A stretch of 64,000 nt of DNA, taken from a bacterium. GTDB lineage: Bacteria > Bacteroidota > Ignavibacteria > UBA10030. Position 1 is the first letter of the stretch. Every line of letters starts with the position of its first letter. The translations under genes and the position numbers were made by a program. Of this stretch, positions 26,536 to 37,800 are shown one piece after another. The notes under the pieces were generated by a model. It did no database searches. It worked only from the letters and a program-made list of their open reading frames with translations, and was not told the origin of the DNA. The DNA lies in NCBI GenBank assembly GCA_043803945.1, contig JAZDJN010000035.1:32001-96000 (forward strand), given 5' to 3'.

Positions 26536-27678
26536 CTACTTATCCAATATTCTGTCGTACTCCAATATTTCTTTTGACAATAAATCGGAGGTCTTAACAT
26601 TCTCCAGATGGGCAAGATCATTTCTCATTTCTCTTAAAACAAAAACCAGCTTTTTCAACTCACGATCAACGTATGTTTTAGACCTTTGAAGAGCGTAGGT
26701 TATTTGCCCAATTTCCATATCTCTGATATCAGATGTGAGTTTTCCCTCCTCTGTCTGGAAGGGCATCATAATACCAAGCTTGTTACCAATTATCATCCTT
26801 CTTCGGCATTCTTCAATAAAAGGAAATAAAACGCCTACCTGAGCACTCCAAATCCTGCGTTCGAGTTCTTCAATCGGACCCTGCAATGCAAAAACTGCAG
26901 AGTGGCAGACATCCTTCCCCTGCCACAAATAAGTCTTTCCCTTAGACCAGTTGTTGTCTGAATAAACAGCGTTTCCGGGTAGCCAGTTACGCTCTTTTGC
27001 ATATTGCTCCAGAAGGGACCTCGGATTTAGAATTTCCCCGATAGCTCTTGAAGCAAGATAGTCTGCCAGATTTGGATCCCACATTGCAATGCTGTCAATG
27101 ATGTTGGTTGCGATACTTCGGTGCACGTCTGACGGAAATGTGCTTTCAACTTTCATGTGAACATATATCAGCATATCAAGCGAATTGACGCAATCATTCC
27201 ATTTAAAAACATCAAGGCATGCATCTTTCTCAGGAATTACATTTGCTGATTCTCCGATTACACAAGCACAGATCATAGACCGCCGCATTAGACTTGTTGC
27301 TTTGCATGCTTGTTGAAATAAAGAAAGGAATCCAGCCCATTTCTCCCAGGTATGAAAATCATTGAATTCAATCCAAATAATTTTTCCCTGGAAAGATTCC
27401 TGGCTCAGGATGTCTGATGCGCTTACGATCTTATAATGAAGATCTTTTTCCAAGTAGGATTCACACAGAAATTTTAATGGGTCACTTTCATCAAATGGCG
27501 GTCGTATCTGTTGAAAAGTCCAATCCGAATCCCTGAACCTGGCGCTCAATGCGAATCCAAGGTTAGGAGGATGGAGTTCAGGAAACAGAATTACCACATT
27601 ACGACCCTGTCGAATGCTTTGTTCGATGTCAGCCGTAAATTTTGCAGGTCCGGGGAGCAACCACCACATCAAATTCAT
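26536..27678 (-). CDS. Hypothetical protein, possible inactive P-loop/STAND-like partner
   Basis: 17 bp downstream of the giant NTPase; QSIRQGRNVVILFP resembles a degenerate P-loop; ends in RNDLAH. Confidence 0.75.
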   Translation of the reverse strand: MNLMWWLLPGPAKFTADIEQSIRQGRNVVILFPELHPPNLGFALSARFRDSDWTFQQIRPPFDESDPLKFLCESYLEKDLHYKIVSASDILSQESFQGKIIWIEFNDFHTWEKWAGFLSLFQQACKATSLMRRSMICACVIGESANVIPEKDACLDVFKWNDCVNSLDMLIYVHMKVESTFPSDVHRSIATNIIDSIAMWDPNLADYLASRAIGEILNPRSLLEQYAKERNWLPGNAVYSDNNWSKGKTYLWQGKDVCHSAVFALQGPIEELERRIWSAQVGVLFPFIEECRRRMIIGNKLGIMMPFQTEEGKLTSDIRDMEIGQITYALQRSKTYVDRELKKLVFVLREMRNDLAHLENVKTSDLLSKEILEYDRILDK

Positions 27679-27695
27679 CTTGTTCTGTTCCTGCG

Positions 27696-30600
27696 CTACT
27701 TTCCAAACACATTATGTGTGAGAATACTATTCAATGAATATGTGTTCGGACCAACAAGTGAAATCATGTCTAGTGCTTCCGCCCATTCAATACTCTTTGG
27801 AAGAAATTCTTTTGCTTCTCCCAGATCCAAAAGTTGCTCCAACTCAGTTATGGCGATGTTTTCCCCACCATATTCTGCCATAGTGCTTATGATTCCCCTT
27901 GGAGTTTCAGTGATCTCTGAAAAGCCAAACATTTTATCAAGTTCCATTCTGTTAGCAGAAATCCATTCCTTCAATTTCCCACAGCACTCTTTCGAAACGA
28001 AAGTCTCCCCTTTTGTTAACTCTTGGAACTTCTTAAGTAGAGCATAAAGTTGACCTGTAATCGATTTTATCTCATTTCGTTCTTCTATTTGAAGAGCGTA
28101 GACTTCGTCATCAAGCCAATGTTTAATCGCCGATTCATTCCACCTTCTCAATGATATAACATCAAGGCTTGCTCCCCTCAGTTCGATCCACTGACTCCAC
28201 TCCTGATTAAGAATTCCCCAGAGGTGATCCGGCTCTGCTATAAACACAAAACGCAGAAAGGAGCCCCAGTTCCCAATTATGCGGATCTTCTCCTGGGCAA
28301 TTTTTATCCACTCCAGGCTCCATGGAATTTCATAGCCGATAACATAGATAGCGACACTATCTCTCGCAATTGACTTTATTTCATCAATGAATTTTCTGAA
28401 TTGAGCAACTGATTGAACTTGATCAATCATATTCACATTTGAAAAAACCCGTCCTTTAAGAAATTCGGGGAGATCATCCAGTCCATTAGCTCTGTTACCG
28501 GCAATAAGGGTTACTCCATCTTTGTTCGAAGTGATCGTGCTCAATTGGCCAACAGTCAATGGACTTCTGAACTCTCTCGCACCGGCAGGCTTGAACGCAA
28601 TACGAAAATGCGCTGGTTCATATCCTAGTTCTACTTCGCGTCGCTCTAGCAGCTTTGACGTAATTTTCTCTTCACTTCCCATCAGTCTGTAAACGTTTTG
28701 GTTTCTCAGTAGATACCCTTCAGCAGGTGTGGCTTGCAATACACCCAGACCGATCATTTCCTCTACCAGAATTTTGATTGACTCGAGCGAAGAATGTTCC
28801 TTGAATCCTTCAGGATAGAAACAAGTTGCCTGTTGCCTGATCCAATCCAGGGTGAATCCCGAGCTCATACCTAGCTCAGGATTATCCGCATACCCCTGGG
28901 CTATACTATATGCAATAACTTCATACTTGTTGTCAAGTTGAAGGGTCCAAATGAACCTGTCACTGATTTGATTTCGCAGACTGGTATTCTGAAAGGCGTC
29001 TGTGACATGTCTGCTTTCTATGATATATGGTGGACACTTTTTAGTATCGAATGGAATCTTCCTGATGTGCTGCAGCAACTGTGTGCAATATAGTTGAATA
29101 AGGCTGGGATAATAATTTGTCTGAGATAATATCCTCATTATGAGATCACTGCTACTGAACTTGTAACCAATCGCTCTCAGAGGGATTTCTACTAACTTTC
29201 TCGCTTCTATCCATTCATCATTTGAGAATAGGGGTCCGATGCAGTGAGGTTCCCCAAAGTGTGCCAGTGGATGGTTAGCCAGCGTTGTTGTTCTCAAGAC
29301 ATTGTGAAGCCCGGCGAAAACCACCTTGAATCTTCTGCTGGTATTATCCATTAGGCCCTTTAATCGCGAGGTGTAGATGAATTCTCCGGATGATTTTCCG
29401 GACTCCCGGCTTCCTTTGCCATCGATTTCCAGAAAAATGTCTGCTTCATCAAGCAGAAGTAAAATCCTCCTGTCGGTACGATCATTTAGCCATTCTTGTA
29501 TATTTTCTAGCAGGTTTTTTAATCCTGTGTTTCTTTGTACTTTTGTTGAAATGACCTGGTATTTCTTAAATTCTTCCACCAGTACTTCCCACAAATGGTC
29601 TATCGGCTGAGCCGTACCAATACCGAGGACTTTGAGATCAACATAGAGGGCAATCATACCACTTGAAGGATTGTGGAAAGTTCTCTCGATCGAGCGCAAT
29701 AGAGCTGTTTTTCCGAGCTGACGACCCCCATAGATAAAACACGATCCATGAGGATTTACGATCGCTTCGAGTTCCCTTTTTCGCCCATAGAAGATCTCAG
29801 GCGGAACAAGGCCTGCAGTTGTGGTATATGGCTCAAGATCGGTTAAAGGCAGAGTACAATCGAAGAACACTGGAAGCCTGTCACCTTTCACTGTACACAA
29901 ATAAAGAATTACTATATCATCGATGACAATATACGTTCTTCTCCCTGACCGGCTCTCCTCCGCAAGTTCCCTTCTGCGTAGTTCAGACATTCTTCCAAAC
30001 CAAAATATTATAACAGGGCCCCCGCTTCCTGCAGTTGCGACATCATTAGAGAGAATATCTGCTGTTTGGTAATTCCAGAAACAAAGAACACGGTATCTTC
30101 CATTTGCTGCAGACCCATACTGATAAGCGGGGCAACGGTTTCGGTCATTAACTGCTTCGGCCTCAGCAGCGAAGATATCCTTATTGACAACCCTCCGTTT
30201 TTCGACATTTGCAATATTTAGTCCAATCCCTTTCAGCACGTCAGACACATGGTCAACAGTTGCGAAACGGGAATTCTTCATTTCGAGCCACGCTTCAAGG
30301 AGGTTGCGTGCATCTTTTCTTTGACTCGAGGACACTCCTTCAAAGGATAATGGCCCAATATTTTCACCCCGCTCAACCAACCTAAGAAGCTTATTTCCAT
30401 TCAGTGCATCCTTTTCCAGGAATCCGTGCAGTTCGGCAATCATGGATAACATGGTTTCAAAATGAGTTTGACTGGCTTTTTCATCCGGGATAGCCTCTCC
30501 GTTTGCTGCCCTGTTTACAAAATCTTCTGCAGTAATAAGGTCACCATCTTGTAGTAATTTACTGATACGAGAAAAGCCATCACTATCAGACTTAATACCG

Positions 30601-33600
30601 ATGTCACTCATCCTTTTAATGAGACGTTCTCTTGCCTTATTTTTTTGTGTGTCGATCGTGCTTTCAATTCCATCGAGCTGTTGTATGGCTTCGGACAAAT
30701 CTTCTTTATGCTTTGAAGCTTCCGCAATAGAGTGAATATCGCGTTTGAACGAATCGTATTGATCTCCGCGGATAATATTTAATGCCATCGCATCTTCAAT
30801 TTTTGCGACGGTTCTTGTCCTTACAATTTCTTGTATAAGCATCCGGGACTTGGTGATTTCTTCATCTCGTTTTCTTCGAAGCCCTTCAGAATCAACACCC
30901 TGAATATGGAGGAATTCGACGGCATCTATCACATTACCGGAAATTGTGTGTGCATGGTCTCTTGTAGCTTGCTCGAAGGCTCTCACCCAGTCTTCTGTTC
31001 CTTCTTTTATAAGTTGCAAGAGTTTTATCAGAATCCCTTTATCATATCCCTGAACAGGTTCCCAATCAGCATTGAGAGGTAACCCTGCCAGAAGTAATTC
31101 CCCATTAAGAATCCATCGGATATAGGGCTCTTCTGGGATAAAAGGCTTGGAAGGATCGAATATTGACTTAATGTCCTCGATTGCGGAGATGGTAAGGTCA
31201 ACAGCAGATCTGGTAATTCTGGAATCAGATCCATGCTTAAACTTGGATAGTTCATCAATGCAGGGAGTACACAGATCACCCAATTCACGCTTTAATTTGT
31301 CAATTTTTTCATCAATAAATCCCCGTTGTTTCCCTGGTCTGAAATCGATAAGCCCCACCCATATTCTCGCCATTGTCGATAGATCTCTGAGATGTCTTTG
31401 GATTTGATTTGAAGCTCTCTGCACTATTGATCCACTGGAATGCACCATCGTGATGGCAGCAAAATGAGTATCGATTTCCCGCCCCAGCCATCGCTCATTT
31501 ACTAAGTCAATCGAAAAATCTTTCACAATATCAAGATGATCAAAAGCATTGTTTTCAATCGCTTCAACTATTTGATAAACTCTGTTACCTCTCTGCAACA
31601 TTCGTTTCCATGTCTTTACTCCGGGAGAGGTCACTATACCGAAACTTTGAGCTTGCTTATACCATTGCTTGACTTTGTTCCTGATATCTTCAAGTTCTTC
31701 ACGCCACTTTGTTTGATCTTTTGCGATTTTTATTACTTGTGGTTCAAGCGCAATTCCCAGGTAACCCCATTCAGCTATCCTCTGTGAAATGGTATGCAAT
31801 ATGCTTAATTGGCTGTACGATAGTTGGCTTAGAATCGCCTGAGCTCCTGTAACTGGTGCCAGCAGAGATGGGCGCAGACATGAACTTCCCCACATCAGGT
31901 TCAACGCTATTCGTGTCTTGTCGTCTTCAGCTTCAGGAAGATCTGGATTGAAATTTTCATATTCTTGCTTAAGTAATGAGGCGATATTTCCCTGGTTTGA
32001 TCCTGTATAAGGGGCAAGCAGAATCGCTTTGAAGAGAGAGGCTGATAAGGCACTGGAATTAGTTGGGAGAATCATCGCACATTGATATGCAATCCTGAAT
32101 TTTCCCTCTCCCACAAGTGCCCAGAGTAATTCGTCCAACAAACTATCTTCCGCTGCTGTGTGGTTCGGAGAGAGCATTTGTTCAGCGATTAAGGCAGAGC
32201 TTCGGTTATCGGCTCTTTTAACTTTTAATGCCTCAACGGGTTCCGGAGATTCCTGTGCCCTTATTTCCGACTTCTTTGAAGGCTTCGATTTAATTTCAGG
32301 TACGGGTGTCTTATCAGGAGCCCGATCCTCAATCGCCTGGACCTGATCTTCAATAACATTATTGGTGATCTCTCTCGGAATCTGTACAACTGTTACCGCG
32401 TCTTCTGTTTTTCTTTGATGAGAAAAGTCTCGGATCGCCGGGAGTTCAGGAAATACTATTTGATCTGGTCCTTGTTCAGCAATGACCATTCTATCCATCA
32501 TAGCAACTTCAGCGCATTCTTCTCCAAACTCTTTAGCAATCACTATTTTGAGTGCTTTACACTCATGGAATCCCAGGATTTTCTTCTCTTTGACAAGACG
32601 TATGAGACTTAAGTATGGATGCGATCCATCTACAATGCTGTTCACAATCACTTGTAAGTTGCTTGTATTTCCACTTTTAATTTCTGCCTCAAGTGTCACG
32701 ATTTTTTTCACGACCTCTTTCAGAGGTGCAAATTCAATATCAACAGTGTTTCGCAGCAAATGAAATGTTGAGAGCAATTTAAGCGCGTCAAGTCTGGTTT
32801 TCTCAAACTCAACTTCCGCCATCCTGTTTTTCCCACGTTCAAACAATAGGGCCAGATCGGCTGGAGTTTTTGCTGACAGGATCCTTTCTTTTATTTCATC
32901 ATCTACTGATGCTGAGATATCTTGCTTAATTTCCTCAAACAGTTTCAAATAACCGGATGCTAATTCCTGTAAAGCTTTAATTTCATCAGCGCTTGCTTCA
33001 CCAGCAGGCAGGGCATTTGAAATATTTATTAAATTCTTCTTTGCCAGATCTATCTTTTCCTCTACCGACTGAGCTTGTTGTGACTCCTTTTTATCATCGC
33101 CATCTTTGCCTGCTTTGTCATTAGTCAACCTGATCGGGCCCTCTTCAGCAATACTCTCCCGATCATCACCTGCTATTTCGGTAATCCCCTCTTGTTCATA
33201 ATTTACACCTTCTCCCCCGCCTTTATCATTAAACCAGCCTAAAAGAAGTGACATTAACGTGACTTCTGATTCGTCTTCCCCTTCGATAGGTTTTCCGCCT
33301 GGCCTGAAGTGCCACAATTCAGTCTCTCCCTCCTGGCATAGATCAGTATCGTTAAGAGACTTCCAAACAATCGGAGAAATTACCTTCCGAACTGAATACC
33401 CCCTTTCTTTCAGGGCTGCCTCAACTTTCAATCTTAGATTTTTCTTCACCTCCATCCACAAAGCGAGAATCCAGTTACCAAGCTGAGCATCCTCAACTAC
33501 CCTTTGTTCCATAAATTGAATTACTCTCAGCTTTGGCACCTTTCGGGCATGTGAGAATCCCGGGAAGTACCGGGAGATCCTGTCCTTATGGAGAGCCAAT

Positions 33601-33713
33601 GTCTGTGCTTGATCATATTCTACAACTGCTTTGATAATTTGGCGCAGTTTTGTCCGCGGATAAGATTCGAGAGGATTAAAGAGGTTGTCGGGGTACTGGT
33701 TATGACTTGCCAT
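27696..33713 (-). CDS. 2005-aa STAND-like P-loop NTPase with long helical N-terminal region
   Basis: PY...FYGRKREL, Walker A YGGRQLGKT, Walker B LLLLDEAD, YYPSLIQ; second degenerate P-loop LIAGNRANG. Confidence 0.85.
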   Translation of the reverse strand: MASHNQYPDNLFNPLESYPRTKLRQIIKAVVEYDQAQTLALHKDRISRYFPGFSHARKVPKLRVIQFMEQRVVEDAQLGNWILALWMEVKKNLRLKVEAALKERGYSVRKVISPIVWKSLNDTDLCQEGETELWHFRPGGKPIEGEDESEVTLMSLLLGWFNDKGGGEGVNYEQEGITEIAGDDRESIAEEGPIRLTNDKAGKDGDDKKESQQAQSVEEKIDLAKKNLINISNALPAGEASADEIKALQELASGYLKLFEEIKQDISASVDDEIKERILSAKTPADLALLFERGKNRMAEVEFEKTRLDALKLLSTFHLLRNTVDIEFAPLKEVVKKIVTLEAEIKSGNTSNLQVIVNSIVDGSHPYLSLIRLVKEKKILGFHECKALKIVIAKEFGEECAEVAMMDRMVIAEQGPDQIVFPELPAIRDFSHQRKTEDAVTVVQIPREITNNVIEDQVQAIEDRAPDKTPVPEIKSKPSKKSEIRAQESPEPVEALKVKRADNRSSALIAEQMLSPNHTAAEDSLLDELLWALVGEGKFRIAYQCAMILPTNSSALSASLFKAILLAPYTGSNQGNIASLLKQEYENFNPDLPEAEDDKTRIALNLMWGSSCLRPSLLAPVTGAQAILSQLSYSQLSILHTISQRIAEWGYLGIALEPQVIKIAKDQTKWREELEDIRNKVKQWYKQAQSFGIVTSPGVKTWKRMLQRGNRVYQIVEAIENNAFDHLDIVKDFSIDLVNERWLGREIDTHFAAITMVHSSGSIVQRASNQIQRHLRDLSTMARIWVGLIDFRPGKQRGFIDEKIDKLKRELGDLCTPCIDELSKFKHGSDSRITRSAVDLTISAIEDIKSIFDPSKPFIPEEPYIRWILNGELLLAGLPLNADWEPVQGYDKGILIKLLQLIKEGTEDWVRAFEQATRDHAHTISGNVIDAVEFLHIQGVDSEGLRRKRDEEITKSRMLIQEIVRTRTVAKIEDAMALNIIRGDQYDSFKRDIHSIAEASKHKEDLSEAIQQLDGIESTIDTQKNKARERLIKRMSDIGIKSDSDGFSRISKLLQDGDLITAEDFVNRAANGEAIPDEKASQTHFETMLSMIAELHGFLEKDALNGNKLLRLVERGENIGPLSFEGVSSSQRKDARNLLEAWLEMKNSRFATVDHVSDVLKGIGLNIANVEKRRVVNKDIFAAEAEAVNDRNRCPAYQYGSAANGRYRVLCFWNYQTADILSNDVATAGSGGPVIIFWFGRMSELRRRELAEESRSGRRTYIVIDDIVILYLCTVKGDRLPVFFDCTLPLTDLEPYTTTAGLVPPEIFYGRKRELEAIVNPHGSCFIYGGRQLGKTALLRSIERTFHNPSSGMIALYVDLKVLGIGTAQPIDHLWEVLVEEFKKYQVISTKVQRNTGLKNLLENIQEWLNDRTDRRILLLLDEADIFLEIDGKGSRESGKSSGEFIYTSRLKGLMDNTSRRFKVVFAGLHNVLRTTTLANHPLAHFGEPHCIGPLFSNDEWIEARKLVEIPLRAIGYKFSSSDLIMRILSQTNYYPSLIQLYCTQLLQHIRKIPFDTKKCPPYIIESRHVTDAFQNTSLRNQISDRFIWTLQLDNKYEVIAYSIAQGYADNPELGMSSGFTLDWIRQQATCFYPEGFKEHSSLESIKILVEEMIGLGVLQATPAEGYLLRNQNVYRLMGSEEKITSKLLERREVELGYEPAHFRIAFKPAGAREFRSPLTVGQLSTITSNKDGVTLIAGNRANGLDDLPEFLKGRVFSNVNMIDQVQSVAQFRKFIDEIKSIARDSVAIYVIGYEIPWSLEWIKIAQEKIRIIGNWGSFLRFVFIAEPDHLWGILNQEWSQWIELRGASLDVISLRRWNESAIKHWLDDEVYALQIEERNEIKSITGQLYALLKKFQELTKGETFVSKECCGKLKEWISANRMELDKMFGFSEITETPRGIISTMAEYGGENIAITELEQLLDLGEAKEFLPKSIEWAEALDMISLVGPNTYSLNSILTHNVFGK

Positions 33714-34171
33714 ATAGCTTGAACTCCCATAAATGAAAGAAAGACGTGATATCTTTCTTTCGCTAATGTGACCTTATCTTAATCGCGTTATAATGATCTT
33801 GCAAAAAAAAAAAGAACTGATGAAAGGTTTTACCTTTATCTGTCGAATACCGGTTACTCTAACAAGCTTATCCCTGACAACTGCAATAATGAAATATGGA
33901 TATTGCCTATTTGTAAAGAAAAATACTTCGCTTATTGGCTCAAAAACAAAAAAACCTCCTTCATCGCATTCGCGAATCCAAAGGTTTCAATTTCTCTTTC
34001 TTGGAAGATATAAGGAGCGCCACGGTTTACTCCTTCGGAAGCACACTTAATCCTCCTCCACGGAATGCCCCAGCACGGTAATTAAGATTTGACTGTTGGC
34101 AAGAAGGTATAGATGTTTGCTAATGAAAACAATAGCAAGAATGTGCAATTGGCGATAATGAGCTAAATTTA

Positions 34172-34213
34172 CCTCAGGTAAACACCTGAAAATGGCATGG
34201 AAAACACCTTAGG
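34172..34213 (-). promoter_or_regulatory. Island-associated motif copy 2
   Basis: TCAGGTAAACACCTGA at 34174-34189, second AAACACCT 22 bp away. Confidence 0.75.
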
Positions 34214-34256
34214 TGTGATTTTTCATTGTCCACGAGATACAGAATAAATTTGACAG

Positions 34257-34312
34257 CCACAACGATCCGTGCTTTGAGCTAGAGAGGCAAAGAGGGTTGT
34301 GGGAAAGGATAG
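34257..34312. repeat. Island-end block shared with 63106-63178
   Basis: 32-bp block 27/32 identical plus exact GGGAAAGGATAG. Confidence 0.8.
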
Positions 34313-34538
34313 CTTCCAAGCATCTCCAATGTCATTTTAACAGGATCCCTTTTTAAACTACAACCGTTTCCATGCTCACTTGTTGGATGTCAATACGCTG
34401 GAACGTCCGACTCCTCACCTTGGCCACCGCATTGAAATCATCAGGCAAATCGTCTTGCTGGTATATTCGCCTCAACAATCCAAACAACGATCGGATGGTG
34501 TCTATTTGTTCGGCAGGTGTTAAATTAGATCTCCTTCG

Positions 34539-34859
34539 TTAGCTAACCTTGAGCTTCATTTCCAATGTTTTACGCCGGCCTTCATTGCTCTCTATGGACA
34601 CTGACACCGTGTAGGTAGTGTTCGCAGTTCCACCGGAACAAAACACCTTTACCACTGTCTCGGTGAATACCATATCTGCAGTTGTCAATGATGCAGCTGG
34701 AGCAACAGTCACCTGTACACTCTTAATCTCGTCTTCTCCATTGTTACCAGGACGCAACACCGTAAAGAAGTCGAAATCGTAATCAAGTCTGTCTGCTACC
34801 TTTTGTTCAAATAATTTTACTGTCTGAGGCATATGCTTCTCCCTAGTTTTCTTGTTCAA
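34539..34859 (-). CDS. Phage fibre adaptor-like Ig-fold protein
   Basis: QK.ADRLDYDFDF...VKVFCSGG....Y.V...I....GR pattern; follows the giant fibre gene. Confidence 0.7.
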   Translation of the reverse strand: MNKKTREKHMPQTVKLFEQKVADRLDYDFDFFTVLRPGNNGEDEIKSVQVTVAPAASLTTADMVFTETVVKVFCSGGTANTTYTVSVSIESNEGRRKTLEMKLKVS

Positions 34860-37800
34860 TTATGCACGGATCTTCTTTTACTTTTCTTCTCTCTACTGGA
34901 ACATCTGGTCTGCGACGCTCCAGATCATTAACCTTGTTTCTATCCCACTTGGCAACCACCCTCCTCACCGGTCCGCAATAGTCGGTCAGCCTGTCTTTGA
35001 AAGGATATTCAATACTCCTGACAACCACTTCTGGAGATGGCGCTATCTCTGGAATCGCAAACACATCCCTAGTGCCACACGACTTGATGGTCCTTCCTCT
35101 CGACAGCTTTATAGCACGAACTTTCTTGAATAACTGCAGCTCAGATATCGACTCACAATCTGAACGCAAACCAAGAACTCTAATGCATCCAACACCGAGA
35201 ATGCTTTCGGATTCCGATACCGCCGAAGCACTTATGCCCTTGTTGACATACACAGACGTTGTGGATTCAGATTCGGAATCGCTACTCATCATCATTCCGG
35301 CAAGTTTGCCTAAGCTCAAAGTAGCATTGGCAATGATGGATGATGATACAACCATCTCCTTCAACCTGTCAAACAACGAATGTGCTTCTGCAACGGCAGA
35401 TGCAGAACAAGTCATGCTGATAGCGACCTGCGGACTGAGAACTGCCGAACATACTGCTTGAGACGTAATTCCAAGATCGGATCTCTTCACTAATCGTGCA
35501 GTTGCTTCACACAATATGCTAACTCGAGTACTTATCGGGACAATGATGCTTGCCAATCCACGTGCGAACATCTTGCCAGACCCAAGCTCAACCTTTCGGA
35601 TTGAGCACGCTGCAGAACCAGACGAAATAACAGTTCCGCGAACGCTGGTTGCTAATCGGAATTTCAGATATGCAGCACCACCACTGAGAACATCACCAAC
35701 GGTATCCAGGACTGTCTTAAACGCAACAAGCCCTGACCCACCAGAGACAATTCCACCCTGAGCGATCAATGTTCGAATGAACGTGAATAGTGCAGAACCG
35801 GATACTACACATCCGCCGAGAGCTGCCACAGTCAGCCAGTTGCTAATCGACGATGCACCAGACAACAATGCACCACCGCCGACCTCGATTACTCTGCGAT
35901 TCTTCATCGTCACTGAACCGACCGCGATCATCGAGCCGGAAGTCTCGGGCTCAACTGAAACAGATTTCGTTGCATTACCACTGGCCGCAATTCCACCAGA
36001 GCAAATCAATGCCGAGCTAATGACTCGCTCTGCAGTACCGCTGGCGACGATTCCTCCGATACTCTGACCACTCAGCCGCACCAAGACCAATGCACTTCCA
36101 GCAGTGATAACACCGCCAGTAACATGTGGAGCTATCCGCTTGCCTATCGCTGCAGAGCCACCAGATACAATATCTCCAGAGACATCGACGATACGCTTGA
36201 ACTGAACTCCAGCACTACCACTGATTACTATACCACCATAACTCTCGAGTGATCGAGTTGCCACTAAACTCGAACCACCACCTGTCTTTGATTTACCACT
36301 TCCCTCTAGAGCGATGGCCACAACGATACTACCCTGACCGCTGGGTACTACTCCGCCAATACCTTTAACCACCCTGCGGATTATCGGTTCATAGATACAC
36401 GCACCACCAGTTAAGATATCTCCAGACCCAACGACTTCTATAATATTCTTCACTACAGCTTTGCCAGATGCTACAGCTCCACCTGTAGCGATTACCGCCT
36501 TTACGAATGCGACAACGGCTTCGGACAACAACACAATAATTCCATCAATAAACTGAATTTTCGAAATTGATACCGAAGCAGATCCAGACGATTGCACACC
36601 ACCGATCGGTTGATATTCCAAACCTAAGCATAGCGTACTCGAGCCGCCAGTGAGCAAGCCACCTGATGATACGATCGCTTTTCTGAAACAAACAACTGCA
36701 CCACCGCGAATCGTGCAACCGCCTAATCCATAGATCCTGCCAGCCATCTGACATTTGCCGCCAGTGACCACCCCACCCTTTGTGGCAAACGCACGACCAT
36801 TTACCGATCGACCCGAAGTGATTACTCCATCACTGACAGCGAACGTCCGGGCAAGAATTACTAATCCACCAGCGACGATCGTGCCTTGACCTTCAATGAT
36901 TCTGCCAACTGCAAATTCTGCAATACCACCGACAATCAATCCGCCAGCCGATTCAAACACATATCCGCGACAGAGTAACGCACTGCCACCGAGTATCATA
37001 CCGCCACTTGGTTCAAATTCTAACCGGATATGATGAACAACACCTGCAGCTCTACCCGTCGTAACACCACCGCTGGAAACGATCGACAACACCTTAGCCA
37101 CCGAACACGAACCGGATGCAACTACTCCACCGTTGCCACTTACTACCAGCACGATAGCCCGTAGACACTGACCGCCAGTAGCCAATCCACCAGACACCAC
37201 AAATGTCCGACCGAACTCAGTGTGACCACCAATCGATATTCCACCACTAACGGTGATCTCTAGCCGATATGCGACATCTGCAGTTCCACCACAAATTAGG
37301 ATCCTACCCAGTTTCCCATAGCCAGACGTTCCCCAGGAAGAGCTACCGTAGCCACCGACATTGTTACTGACATCAAGCGCAACGTAGGTAAAGCGGATCG
37401 ATTTATCGGCTACTCCACCTGCCGATTCTCCACCACTACCATCAACAACAACTCGGACTGTGACACTGCCAGAGGCGCTTGCAGTTACTCCACCCGCACA
37501 CAAGCCAACGAAGATGCGAACAATCGCACCACCACCGGTTGAAACGCCACCGCCAAGGCATATATGCGTAAAGCCACGCACTACGCTTCCACCGGTGATA
37601 ACTGAGCCGTTTGCAGTCACTACGATAACGATAGAACTCAGTGAGGACCCAGACGCTAACAAACCGCCAGTAGCAACAAAAACGTATCCACGACACAATA
37701 TCGACGTCTCACCGGTGAGACACCCGCCTATGCCAGCAATCGATAATACCTTCGCGATACTTGCTACACCACCTGTAACTGTACCATCTGAAGCAAACCT

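Larger units (their letters stand above)
24550..34350. mobile_element. Cargo island 2: putative defence cluster
   Basis: Non-phage-like genes between fibre module and early promoter; shares end motifs with island 3; boundaries approximate. Confidence 0.65.

Noticed and set aside
34274-34288. tRNA 5' end (GCCTCTCTAGCTCAA; GCCTCCCTAGTTCAA at ~63123-63137)
   Set aside because: No D-loop GG, anticodon arm, TTCRA loop or acceptor complement follows.
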